Positions 23,211 to 36,482 of a DNA stretch of 64,000 bases are shown here, piece after piece; position 1 is the stretch's first letter; each line of letters opens with the position of its first letter. The position numbers were made by a program, and so were the translations under genes. Under the pieces are notes generated by a model. It saw nothing but the letters and a program-made list of their open reading frames with translations, did no database searches and had not been told where the DNA came from. The stretch is from Polymyxa betae A26-41 (taxonomy: Eukaryota; Protista; Endomyxa: Phytomyxea), in contig RBZT01000578.1 in assembly GCA_003693705.1 (NCBI GenBank), forward strand, positions 236,240-300,239. The letters run 5' to 3'.

Positions 23211-24425
23211 TTAGTTGAATTTGATCGAGCGGACCTCGGTGTCGATATTGCCACCGCGGTAAGTGCCTCGCTTGGCCTTGGTCTTCTCATGACGGAATCC
23301 TTTGCCCTTGGTGACGATCAGCTTGTTGCTGGCCTTGGCGCCGTACGATTCACCGGCCTCCTGAAGGGCGGCGTACGAATTGTCTCGAAGACGATCATCG
23401 GCAAACTTGATTGCTTCAGCTTTGATTCGCTGAAATCTCTGTCCCGATGAAGGTGCGTCTTTCAATTTAGCTTGAGGCGTGATGACGTTGTTCCTTTTCT
23501 GTTCGCCTGCAGGACCGTCGCTCGAGCTGCTGCTGTCGTCATCGGATTCCGAACTGCTTTCGGCTTCTTCTTTGTTAGATGCCTCGGCATCACTCTCCGA
23601 ATCTTCTTCGTCGTCATTGTCGCTAGACGACGACGAATCGTTAGCTTCTTGGTCGTCGCTGGAGGCTTGGGCAACGTCTTCGGAGGAAACGGAGCAGTTC
23701 TCCTCAGACGAGCTGTCATCGTCCGATGAGGAATCCGCTTCTTCTTCGTTATCCGACCCTGCTCCGTCATCAGAATCGGACGACTCTTTGTCACTGCTGG
23801 AATCGGAGTCTTCGGCAGATACAACTTCAGCAACAGCCATAACGCCTTCTTCCGACGACGACGATCCATCGCTGTCCTCGGCGTCGTCCTGCTCCTCTTC
23901 CGACTCGGCATCTTCCTCTTCTTCATCAGACGATGACGATCCTTCTTCATCGCCGCTTTCTGACGAATCCGCCTCGTCATCACTTCCCACTACCAAAACA
24001 GTCTCGACGTTCTCGTCATCTTCAGAGGAGGAGGATGACGATGCGTCCTTTATCGATGCGTCATCCATCGATGCGTCCTCCATCTCTTCGGATTCGTTGT
24101 CGTCGGATTCTTCCTGCTCGGACTCGTCGGACGCGGTGGGCTCGCCTTCCTCGGCTTCATCGTCAACGAAGGCGCTCTTTTCAATATCCGAATCGAAATC
24201 GCTATCGGATTCTAGATCCGATTCCTCAATGACTCTCCTTCGCTTGGAAATCCTGGAAGCGTCAGGAGACCCTGCTTGGCTCCTTTTGATGGCCTTGGCG
24301 GGTTTCGCATCGGGATTCCAATCAAGATCGGCTTCTTTGACGAGTTTGGCAACGGTCTTATTCAGCCCGACGCTTTTCAGATATTCTGCGACCACGATGA
24401 GGAAACGGTCGTTTTCCGCAGTCAT
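23211..24425 (-). CDS. SRP40: Nopp140/Srp40 nucleolar phosphoprotein
   Basis: N-terminal LisH-like (VAEYLKSVGLNKTV), S/D/E-rich core, C-terminal FQRIK...DNSY...YGAKA...KGKGFRHEKTKAKRGTYRGGNID..VRSIKF. Confidence 0.95.
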   Translation of the reverse strand: MTAENDRFLIVVAEYLKSVGLNKTVAKLVKEADLDWNPDAKPAKAIKRSQAGSPDASRISKRRRVIEESDLESDSDFDSDIEKSAFVDDEAEEGEPTASDESEQEESDDNESEEMEDASMDDASIKDASSSSSSEDDENVETVLVVGSDDEADSSESGDEEGSSSSDEEEEDAESEEEQDDAEDSDGSSSSEEGVMAVAEVVSAEDSDSSSDKESSDSDDGAGSDNEEEADSSSDDDSSSEENCSVSSEDVAQASSDDQEANDSSSSSDNDDEEDSESDAEASNKEEAESSSESDDDSSSSSDGPAGEQKRNNVITPQAKLKDAPSSGQRFQRIKAEAIKFADDRLRDNSYAALQEAGESYGAKASNKLIVTKGKGFRHEKTKAKRGTYRGGNIDTEVRSIKFN

Positions 24426-24664
24426 TTGGAAGAATCGATGTGAAAACGAAATGCCGATCATAGTTAGGGTAAAAGGGGTAGTGATCGACAAAGAGACTCA
24501 CGGACTCCGGAAAAGTCCGCGCAGAACGAGAAAACCCCGCCAGATTGTTCAAAATTGTAGATGGATTTTAGGATTCTAAATTTCGCCAGTAAACAGTATT
24601 GAAGAGGCCTGCTGTAGACTACAATAAACAAGAATTTTGCCACAATAAGAAGTATATAATTAAG

Positions 24665-25035
24665 TTAATCAACAAGTTTAAGCTCGTTCTGAAGGGTTTT
24701 TAGTCTTTGCGAAATGCCCATGACAACCTCATTGCCGCGATCGATTGCCTAATGGTCAGGAGCGAAATCACATTCTGGTTATGCAATTGAAATAGAGCTA
24801 TTACCATAATGAGTTCTGCTCTTTCACGATCGTCATTTGAATTGGCACTGGTTTCCTCCCTTTCGATCACCTCTAACCGTTGAATCAAGCGAACATGAGA
24901 AGCAGCCTGCTTTTCATGCAGCTGTTGAAACTCAGCTTGGCGGTTGGGTGACAGGATGGCACCGTGCAGTGAATCGACAAGACTTCGTGAAGCTTCGACG
25001 AACTGATAGAACAGCACTAATGGCGATTCTTCCAT
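24665..25035 (-). CDS. Small helical protein (about 104 aa), weakly Mediator Med30-like
   Basis: Removing one GT-AG intron gives ...DRERAELIM/AIDRGNEVVMGISQRLKTLQNELKLVD*. The gene is likely; the family call is weak. Confidence 0.55.
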
Positions 25036-25141
25036 TTGGGACAGAGAGAGGAATCAACACGCAGTCATGTAAACATCGGTATTTGTTTATATGGTACTCC
25101 CGTACAACTTTATTTTACTGCCACTTGAGCAAAGTCATCTG

Positions 25142-28100
25142 CTATCGCATATGTAACTCATCTGCGACAGCATTCTCTGCAACAACCAATTCCTCTAATA
25201 CGTGTGATTTGATTTGTATACGAACAAGAAGTTCGACTTCGTAATCGCTGCTTTCTGCAAAGCCATCTCGACTCAAACCAATCCAAGCACCATCAGTAAC
25301 TGAAGCTCGAGCAACTAACGATTCGAAGTCCACATTTATCTTGCCGATTGTTTTAGCTCCAAGAAAAGTCTTGCGTTGGACTTTTAGATGAATAATAGGC
25401 GAGGACTGAGGCATTCTGATGACGAATCTGAGGTTCCAAATCGGTTCCCAAGATTCCTCAGGTTCTGAGAAGAACTTGGCTCCTGCTATGCTTGCATAAG
25501 CCCTGAATCCAATAGGCTTCTTTTTAGACCAAATCTTGAAATTTCTTGCTTTGATAATCTGCCTCAGTTTCAGTTTAGCAACATTTCTTAAACTGTCTAG
25601 CCTCACTTCAAATTGCACCATAGCATTTAAGTCCCTCAGAGATGCTTCTCGCAAGTATGATCTGTCACTCAACGTTCTGTACTGCCGCCTCAATGAGTCT
25701 TCGACGTCTTCAACTTCGTCGTCTCCAGGTAAATGTAAACTCTCTATGCCAAATCACGGTTTATACTAAGACTGAGAATAAAAAAACAGTATCGTTTTAC
25801 CACCATCGGATATTATGGTTTCTGATTGCTCTGCCTCGCTTTGGATCACAGACTGCTCACTATGCGGATACAGATCTTCTAGAAAACGTTGAGCAAGAGA
25901 TGCTCTTCGAGCAGCACGCAGCATCCTGTGCTTAACGATTTCCATTTGGGCTTGGAATGTGAGCATATGAGGATTACAGAGCTTCAACGAAAATTCGATA
26001 GTCCCACAGTTTACTTCAACACCACGTTTAGATTTTAGCAGAGGAAGTCTTCGGTTCTCTTCCTTCTCCAGGAGTAATCCCTCAAGGTTACATGTTGCCT
26101 CTCCAACAAACTTGTCTTTGCCCAGTCGATTTCCAAACACCTGTTAAACAGCCTATGAATAAGCATAAGTTTTAAAAAAACCCACTACCTTGATAACAAG
26201 TTGATAGGACTCAGGATCATTCATGGGAAATCGGCAAGAAAGACCCCAAAGCGGATCTTCCGGATCCAGCGGCTCACTTTGTACTTCAGTATCATGTGAT
26301 TCAGGACTGAAATCCGACGCGACTGTCAAACTGCTTTGATGAAGAAGCTTGGCAGCTGTCGGTTTGGTTTGAACAGAAACCTATGCAGCACGAATGAGAG
26401 ATAGCCATTTGATCCAACCAGAGCTTCTTACGAGACAATAGGTTTTCATTTTCGCATTGAGTGTTAGCCCGACTGCTCTAACCACATCGACTTCCAGTGT
26501 TGTACCAGTATGGACAGCTGCAGAGAGGCCTGTTCTAAGTCGGTCTAATTCCGACTCTAATTCGATTGCCTCATTGCCATTGATTTCAGAATCTCCAGCA
26601 TTAGTTCCGCTCTGAGGAGTAATCGTTACAGAGCGAGGTTCTGGTAGTGGACTCAGTGGGAACGCATCCATAAGTTCGTCCTTTTCAACAATTATCCAGT
26701 ATTTCTGTTCAACAGATCCATCGCCTGCGAGTTCGATCATTTCTTGAACTTTTTTGAAAAACCCTTCGACTTGCTGGGGTGGGACCTTGGAAACGCGTTC
26801 TCATTAGGGCACTGGCATTAACTATCGTAACTTACTTGACTAAAATCTATCTCCCACTGCTTTCCGTTTTGTTCGAATCTGTATCTTTCACCAAGCGACT
26901 CAGCTTTAAGCTCCCCGATTGGAACCATCCAGGCCTCATCAACAACAAGAGCGTGGGTTACCGCTTCTTGAGCATCGATGGATACCATCAATAGTCGTTT
27001 TGAGCTTAAAATTAACGACTTGTTGTCAGGAAGATCGAGAATATCAATGAAATCGTCTCCACGATATCTGGAGATTGTGAGCAGTAATAACCACAAACAT
27101 GAAACGGGCATACTTAGAGCGATGGGCAATATTTAGTAAAAATTTGCCCTTTGATACCGTAGCAGAATGAAGTTTGATCCTACGCTGCATTCCGTAGAAA
27201 TGACGAGGGAATCTTATCAGCATTGGACGTCGATGATTATTTCTGTTGTACGTCGAAGCCGCATTTCGAACACCTCCAGCTGCAGCTGACGCCAGCTTCA
27301 AGATTCTAAGCTGTGATGAAATACAATGAGTCCGATTACCTGCAGTGTTCCACTGATTGGCTTGGTAACGGCACCAACTAAACCTTTTCCGATTCCCTGC
27401 GATTATTTTTAAGCTCGTGTCACAATGAGATTTGCTTGATATACAACCTTCACGAATCCTTTAACGCCGTCTTGCTTTGCTCCTTTAAAGGGGTCTACTA
27501 CAACGCCAGTAACACCAGAGAATATCCCTCGGCTGAAAGCTGTGCCACCAGCGACCATCGTCTCTAAACCAGATGCATCGACTGTATTGAATTGCAGCTG
27601 TTGACGTCTTGTTTTTGCCTTGTATTCTTCATCCATAGTTATTGCAGCTGCCAAATTACCCAGATTCCCTGTCACTTTGGAAGCAGAATTTGCAAACCCT
27701 CCAAGCTAAGATGCAATTAGCTAACATAAAAACCAGAGAATAATTATACTGTTCCAGAAAGCAAGGCAGCTGATCCCTTTAAGAGACCACGACCGAACGC
27801 TGCAGGCCTTGAAATGACTTAGAGAAGCGACTATATGTGAATTCGTGAATTACCCAAGCGCCAGTCCAGCAGCAGGTTCGAAGAAGAAGTCCTAATGTAT
27901 TTGTAAGAAAAATAAACCAATGAAATACTGTAATGTTGACCTTGACACCGCTTCCAAGACCTGACACTAGCTGAACGGGATTTCCCAGAAGATCAGATGA
28001 GCCCAAGACACTGAAGGCAGCTGCAGCCGCGTTCTTGATATAGTGCATAATGATCAAATTTACAAGATCATCGTAGTTTGATACATGATTGGATAAACCA

Positions 28101-31100
28101 AGCGCATTCAAATTGAATTTACAGTTCTCCAACGCAACAGAGCTCGCTAATTTTAAAATCCAATCGTAATCGGTTCTACGCTGCGAGCTCCCGCTGATTC
28201 CATGCCTTAATGTTATCGCAATCGACAACGGCGACATGACCATTATTCCAAAAAACACCTACAATAAATGAATAGAGCAGTAAGAAATCGAGATGGACTT
28301 GACCTTGCGCCCGGATTCTTGACCAACCACTGGACAACTTTCAATCAGCAACGGTGGCGGTAAAGGCTCGCGATAGCCTGCAAAGACAAGATCGACCAAG
28401 TGTTGAACCAGCCAGAGAACGTTGCTAAGCCATTTGGTATTGAGGTTAATTGTCATCCCAAGAATCAAAAGGTTAACATAACTACAGCAAGTTTTGATTA
28501 ATGCATGAGGTGCATGCATTTTCTTACGGGAAGAAGTCGAACAGGTCAGTTAGATAACGAGATTGTACAATGAGTTGTATCATCGGTTGCGGCGGGTCAC
28601 TAGCCTTTCGAACGAGGCCTAAAATTACCATCTGGGATGTCTCGCCACCGCCAGAATTGACGTCAGGGTTGTCAATCTGAATGTTACCAATGGATACCGA
28701 CAGCAAGTAATCCTTCCAGTCTTGTTCCATGATGCAATCGACAGCAATCTGGGACAACAGTCAAATAGGATGACTCTATTTTATGCACTGCTTACGTCAA
28801 TAAGAGAAATGTACATAAGTTCACGTTGATAGCCTGAATCGACAATGCTGACACCAATTGCAGGCAATGCCACATTAAAACCGGCATTGAACTCGTATTT
28901 TTCAACAGACACTTCAATCCATTCGAATTCGACAAGAACATCGCCCCGGTTAACAGCGCTTTCACCCAGTTCAGAACGAAACAAGTCATCGGCATACTTA
29001 TTCATGGATATCACTTGATGCCATTCCTAATAAGAATAAATAATTGCTAGTTTCGAACGTAATGGCGACGACCTGAATGACGTTCTGTGGAGGCACATCC
29101 ATATAGTCGTTGACAGCGAAGGCAACCTCACCCATAAAATCTAAGATGATAGTTATTATGGATCAATGTATCAACAATGCTTTTTACCATCTTCTGATGT
29201 TTGATCCTGGTCAAACAATGCGATTCTTAATAAATGTCCAGCACTAGACGGATGCCTTTCGTACTCGAACTCAAAAGACTGATCCCAGTCAGGATTCAGG
29301 CTCTTCTTTGTAACTTTGGTTTGAAATGATTGAGTGCCGTATGAAATCTACAACTTTTTCTTAAACGAGGCCGGGACGGAAACTGGAGAAGAGGCCGACC
29401 TTACAGTATGGATCAGACGTTCCACTCGAATCCATAGCGAGACAATTTCTGGCAGAAACAATACCAATTCGGAACTTTCCTGAAATTACTCTCTGTTTCG
29501 TCAGTTTGCTGAATTGAGTTGTCTCTACAGCAATGGCTGTAGATCGGCGTCTCCTATCCAGCAATTTTTGGATCCCTACAATTGCCAGTGAGATACTTCA
29601 CAAATTTGAATAAAACTAACCTTCACGAGTGGATGTGATAACACTAGCACGCTCCCGTTGAGATTCGGCAGCAATACATTGTTTTTGTAGATCAAGCTGT
29701 GATAAATGATGGCGAAATCGGTCAATTGATTTGTCAAGATCGCGTTTCAAAACTGATTTCATCGCTTCGGGAGTCCTGATCCACTACAAAGCATATTGGC
29801 TTGAATAAAAATTGGTTTCATGATCTAATATACCTGAGCAATCACCCGAACCTGACCTGACTCCTTTGTTTTGGTTACTTCCTGGACGTTCCGGTTACAG
29901 TCATTATTTTGGTGATGATATAAGTATCAGCTACCTTGTCATGAAGCTTATAAATTTTATACCAAGCATCGGAAGTCTCCTCATTAGCAAGTGTTGATAA
30001 GGATATTTCGAATCCACCGATGACCTATCTGAGCTCAAACAGTGACAAATTTACGACGATATAACATACATCGTCCTTAACCACGTTTCGGTCTATGACC
30101 CGAAAAAGAACGGATGTCAAACCATCTCGGATTTGCATAACTGTCGAATGTTGGAAATGTGCATTTAGTTGTTTCTTTTGGACTGGAGTGGAGTCCTTTG
30201 ATTCTCCAGCAATTATTTCGATAAACGGATCGCAGAGACCATTCTTGTCCACAGCCGGTATGTCCCATGCTTCAGCAACCTACGATTTCTAAGCACAAAA
30301 ATAAATAAATCTAGGCGACCTGTACAGTGACATAGAGCTTAGACGGGCGTGTTCGCATCGAATCCACCATTGCTAAATCCTTCTTATACTGCTTCTCAGC
30401 AAATTTAATGCACGATTCTAGAATTATAGTTGACTTATTGATTAAAGCTGTATAATCAGATGTGGTGGCAGAACTGAAAAACAATTATGAACAGTCCAAT
30501 CAAAAGCAGCAATTACCTTTGGGGAGTTGTAATGACTTCTTCCAAGCGTAGTATTTTCGATGGCGACTCATCTTGAGCGGTAGTAACCTGGACCTCACCT
30601 TTAGCCGTCTTCCAGTCGGATATTGAGGATGCTTCCGATTCCATATCAAAGTTCCGCATCGTATCAGGCGATCCTTGTGAAGCGACATGAGTTATCAGAG
30701 TACATAACCTCCAGGTAAAAACCTTCAAATCTAGCATCCAATCCTAAGGGAGACAAAGGTTCCAGCCAGCAAAAGGGAGTCTTGGAGAAAGGGGGAATGG
30801 AAACCCAGGATCCCAGACCGGTTTGTGATATTTCTATGGAAAACCGGGTCTGATTTTCAATGCGGCAAGGTGGAAACCGAAGGTCCCCTTGGCGAAAAAC
30901 AGCATATACGATATTATCGCGCTGCTTGATGATGCATTCAATGATCTCAACTTCATTCTGCCTGATGAGAATTGTTAGCTTTAGGGCGATGAATTTCTGG
31001 CTCTGTATTGTACCGTGTTTTAACCGAAAGTGAGTTATGACCAAGAACGTTAAAAGCGAATAGTCCAGACCATCCGGACGTTAGGGTTGGTTCTAGTGAG

Positions 31101-34100
31101 CAACGCATCAAACGAGATCTTTGCGGCTCAGGAACCGAATAGTCCAGCAATCTGCTATTCGATGCAACTTCAACAACTGCATCGTGAGCGTTTTGTCTTA
31201 GGTATAACGAGCGATTTAAGCAATTAACGATAGCCAATTGAGGCATCACAAAAACTATTTTTGTTCTTGAGAATCTTCCCTATTGAGACATCTCCACTTA
31301 GTGACATGAAAAGAAATAAATCAAACTCACAGATGATCGAACAATTTTCAGACGCATTTCATATTCTGCATCATCAGCTTCTTTCAGCAGAATACTAACT
31401 CCAGATTCTAGCTTCGAGAGCGATACTGGATCAGAGTATGTAGTGGTAGAAGTTTGCAGCCAACATTGAGTATGCTGAGACTCATCGCATCCCGCCATTA
31501 GCATAGGGACCCCTTCATAGAAAGTAAGCGATGGCAGATATTAAGCTTCACTTACCATGACGTGAATTTGTCGGATATGTAGGTATAAGATTGGCTGGGT
31601 CTCGAGATTTGTCATGACCACAAACAAAGAACAGATTCTTTGGAGTATGATTGACGATCCAAAATGGAGCAAATAATCTAACTATAGGGCAATTGCCAGA
31701 CAAGTATTCCTGGAGCAGCTTAAATAAAACGCATACGTTTCACAAGATTTGAAAGAGCTCACAATTTCGTATGCGATGTAATTTTGATAAATCTTCTGAG
31801 ATCGAGTTTGCGAGTCACTTGGTATCCCAATTGAGCCTCGTTCTACTACATCATTTTTGAATATCGACGTAAGACCGGAACGATTTCTCTGGCTAATAGG
31901 AACAGGTTCCGAGAAAGAGCACCCTTGCAGGGAGGCACTTATAAGCATATCTGATTCGTTCATAAAATATTCAATTCTGTCTCCGCAGTTGATCTCATGC
32001 AACTCTACAGCTTCATCTCCTATCAGAGAGCATTACATGACATCTGAGCAGAACCAATGATGAATAACTTTACCAGTTGTAAACGTTATCCTTAATGCGC
32101 AAGATGAATAGAGAAGATTTTCTATAGTAACCATGGGAGAAACTGAGATCACAAGTTGATTTTCAATTATAATTTGGTGGCCCAGAAGTCGTAGCGATGC
32201 ATTCCTCTGTAGGGCAAATACAGTACTATCAGATCTGCTTGGAGCATCGCTAGTTCCTGCTGTACTATCAGCCTAAGAGAAATCATTCATCCAAGTCAGT
32301 TGCTGCCATGAGCCAAATGCTTTACCGGTTCAGTTTTTAGCACCAAATCAAACGTTCCGGATGTGAGCTGGCTAACAGGGCGAATTTCTATAGGCGTCGA
32401 GAATCCAACTTGGCGCCCATGCAATCTTACCATTACAAGGCCTGGAAATTATGAATTTCACGACCATTACACAAACTATAGCGGACCATCATTCACGATT
32501 TGAAGAGGCAAGTATATCTTAGAGTTGGACGAAAGGACTTTAGTTTGGAAGAAGCTTATGTCTCCTGCAGATTGCAAGGCAACATCTAAGTCGTGTCCAG
32601 TTGCGTTTTTGAATGCACACTGATTGAAATTTTCTGAGCATGGAACGACTGCAAGTTGGAAAGAAAACCGTACCAAAGAATGTACTCGTATGGTGACATA
32701 ACCAAATGTAGTGGTGACCGTGGCAGCTATAAGCCCGTTTTCCACGATACATGACTGGCCATAGGGAACACGTAATGGGCCAGTAACCAGACCGTCAGCA
32801 AGCTCTACTTGCAATTGTGGGACTTGCAAATAGCGGCGGGAAGAAGTCGTTGTTGAAGGCAAAACAAGTTTCTCTTCTGGCGCCATTTCTGCCCTCAACA
32901 CCTAAATTTAAATTTAGCATTGCTGCTGTTAATGCCGTTCGGTAATACAGGGACGGTTGATGTGACAACGATTGGAACTCCAGTGTCATTGATGACAATA
33001 TTAGCAGATTGCCATGACTGCTTTGGAGCTGGCAGCAATTCGAAAGTCTGGCCGACATGGACCAAGGCTGACCATTTATCAGTTTCAATCAACTTTTTCA
33101 GAAAACGTTTGAAATGCTTACTTTCAGCAAGCGCTGATGAAAACGTGACGTTCAGCGGACGCATGTCACCTTTAAAAGAAACATCATGGGAGGAGATACC
33201 GTCAAAGGTATGCTAGCAATGTTGTTACAATAACGACAAGAAATTACACTGAAATACCGTAAATGCCATCGTCCAAGGTTCAATCAAAGGCTCCCAAGCA
33301 TGCACGACGTGGTTCATGTACCATGATTCGAACTGGACCCGGATACTTGATCTTAACATGCCATCAGCTTTGACTGCAGCCTGAGCACGGAAGGCGCTTG
33401 TTCGAAGACGCCATACAGATAAGGTCTCTTTCAAGAAATTATCTAAAAGAAGGATCTCGATACTAGGTGCTTGCAGTAAAATTCGGGACCCAATGTACGG
33501 CATTAAGGTGTTGATTTCGACAGAATCTGACCCAGCTGAGAAAGCAGTCTCTGCTGCGATAATAGCGCTGACATCAGCTACATCTTGAGAAGGGCTAGTT
33601 TCCACTGCAAAAGTAGACAAGACGTATAAAGCAACGCGATATAGGGATGCAGAAACTGTTGCCTTAATTGAAGGTAAGCTGAGATCAGCAAGGAAATACG
33701 GCAGTTTTGGGAAAGCAGCAGTGAGTAGTAAAGCTGCGGCTTCGATCTTCTCATCGCGAATGAACTTAAGCGCATCTTGCCTTGTCTTGGATTCCTTAAT
33801 GGAGAATAGTTGAGAGTTTTCATCGTAGGCAACGGTGAGATGGTCTAATGTAGCCGACAGATGATCGTAAATGTTTCTTCCCCCTTTAGAGACGTTAACA
33901 GCTTTGGAAAATTCTGGAAACTTTGTAGTATCAACATTCTTTGAGTCCGAACAAATGATCATCAACTGCCCAATAGAGACGTGCAGCTGAGGTCCTTGTT
34001 CCATTCCTGTATGAGCAACCGCCGTCAACGGGCCAACATTTGCATTGATGTTCATACGGAACGCAGGAGCTATGTTTCTTTGGACATTGTCTGCCATGAC

Positions 34101-36027
34101 TTCGGCGATTTCTTGCTGAAACAATGTAGGAGGCACCAGGTAAAATAATGGTGCTGGTGACGTTGAAAGCCATTTCATAAAACTGTTCAAAAACTGGCCC
34201 GGCACATAGACCGTTGTATCAGCTAAACGAGCATGTATGACCATTAGCGTGATCTCTTGAGTAAATTTCATTTCACATCGAGTACCGAGTGGCTTCTCAG
34301 CACACTCTAATGATAATCCGCGAGCGTTCTGACTTGATTGAAGAGCTCCAACTGATAAGTTTGCAGCCATTTTAGTGAAGGCAGCATTAATGGCAAGAGT
34401 TGCGTCGACTGACGACAATGACAAGTCAAGAAAACATAGCTGATCAAGGCAGGTAATCAATTTCAGAGACAACGAAGCAACTTCAACTGAAAATTGGTAG
34501 GAGCCAAACAATGTGTCTGGATTCCCTGCACAAGGTGATAAGGGCTCCTCCAGCTCATCACCATCTGGATCATTGTTTTTGGGTGCAAACTCATTGATGA
34601 AATGCACAGCTGAGCGAATGACGTCGATGATCTTTACCAATAGCGACTTTGCATGAGGTATATTTTTCTCAGCGACCGCGCGGTACCTCCTAAGACATTC
34701 CAGAGGTAAACCAAGGTCAAGCTGGGACAGCTCTATGCACTCTTCTGCGGTTAAATGCTTCTTCATTGCATGCTTTCTGTACAGTCGAATGTACCGACGG
34801 CGTCGCTGTGCGGAAAGAATCACGCATGACCTATGTACAGCGATCGTTCAGAAATGAGCTCAAAAAGCAAAATGCTTGATCCAGTCACCATGTGGTACAA
34901 CGTAAAAGAGCGAGTTTTGCATTTAATTCCTCGTTTAAGACAGCAACCGAAAATTTCCACCAGCGATCAGGTCCATCCTTAACTCGCCCAATTGGCCTCA
35001 ACCATTTGACCTACAATCAAACAATGTTAAAACGTATTGGAGCATAGTATCGAATAATGATCGTTGGGCATACTTGGACGCATCTTGACCACCAACTAAG
35101 ACGATGAAGCAAATCCCATAAAGCCGACATTTGCTTATCGGACAACGACAGGGCTAATTCATTGGAGACCTTGACAGATCCAGTCACAAATGGGCCTGGT
35201 TGATTGCCCAATCCGAGACCTTCATGATCGGCAGTTGTGCCCAGTCGTAAGCCAGCCACAGCTGTTACACACCCATTGTGACTTAATAACAGATCTTCTG
35301 AGCATATGTCTTGAGAAAACCCCAATGAGACTTGTAGCCCGACAATTCGTAATGACATATAAAGGGTCGGGCGGTATACTAGATGAGCATGATCAAGCGC
35401 ATCACCATTTTGATCACAGCTTGTAAGCGCTATTTCAGCAATAGAAACAGAAAGCTGATTTTGACGTTCCGAATTCGTAATGTGGTCGACAATGCTGACA
35501 TGAACATCGTTTAAAGTTACACGAATGCAAGTCGCCAAAACTGTCACAGCGCGAATGAAGCTACTAGTTTGTGACGTCATATCTGCAGCTTCAGTTAACG
35601 CAGCTGCCTCTGGATCCGGCGAAACAATAGGTGGTAAAACCTGAAGAATTATATCAAACGGATCCCTTGGTCTTTCTGTTTGACGATAGTTGTTCAGATC
35701 GTAAGCATTAAGTGTGACTTTAACACCTGAGATTTCAACCAGAGCTATGCTTTCATCAAGCAGGTTTAGCAAAGGAGCGCGTAAGTGAATTCTCTTGATT
35801 TGAAGCAAGTCGAATTGCCAGGGGATCAAATCGCCAAGAAACTGAAAAACATCCCGAGATATTGTGACATTTTCTAAGGTTATAGCGCCTCTAAACGAGA
35901 GATGAAAATCGGCAGCCTTGAAATCGATGAGAATAAAGGAAAGATGATTAGCAATGAGGCTGCCAACAAAAAGGCTCAGCCTTGTTTCCAAATCACCGGC
36001 GAAAGCTCGAAGTTTTTCTAGGACCAT
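25142..36027 (-). CDS. VPS13: VPS13-family bridge-like lipid transfer protein with multiple C2 domains (many exons)
   Basis: Chorein-N-like start, WEPLIEPW, VAB repeats (RIENQTRF..PFCWLEP), LGSSDLLGNP, ATG2_C-like GIFSGVTGVVVDPFKGAKQDGVKGF, C2 motifs near 30.2, 29.4, 26.0-26.5 and 25.4 kb. Confidence 0.92.
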
Positions 36028-36482
36028 CTGGGGAAACGACAGCACAAATCAGATCGTGAAAAACGATGCAATCATAATGGTTGCTGTAACAGCGCTTGTC
36101 ACAGACAAAGGGCACCGCCTCCTGTGTTTCCCTCCTTTACATGCTGCGCCATCTAGTATTGATAGTCGATTCTAGAACGGTGGGGACAGGATACAGAGTC
36201 GGCTTTGGATATTAATCACTGTCGAGATGAACCGACAGAACATCAGAATGATGCACTTCCCAGAGGTCCATCGGGCGCACAGAAGGCATGAGGTGTCGAG
36301 CTACTTGTTTGAATGGCGCAAACGGCCATTGAGTCTTGACTTCGATCAAATACATAGTGCCATTTGCACGAGCTCACTTTCACATCTTTTGTGTTGTCTG
36401 TTCTGGTGCTACTATAGTTTTGCAGTCTAACGTTGAAACCTTTATCGATTGCCTGAAAAAATGTACTCTTTCGGATTCTCGG

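Noticed and set aside
23479-24579. 366-aa Ser-rich plus-strand ORF
   Set aside because: Antisense shadow of the low-complexity SRP40 gene.
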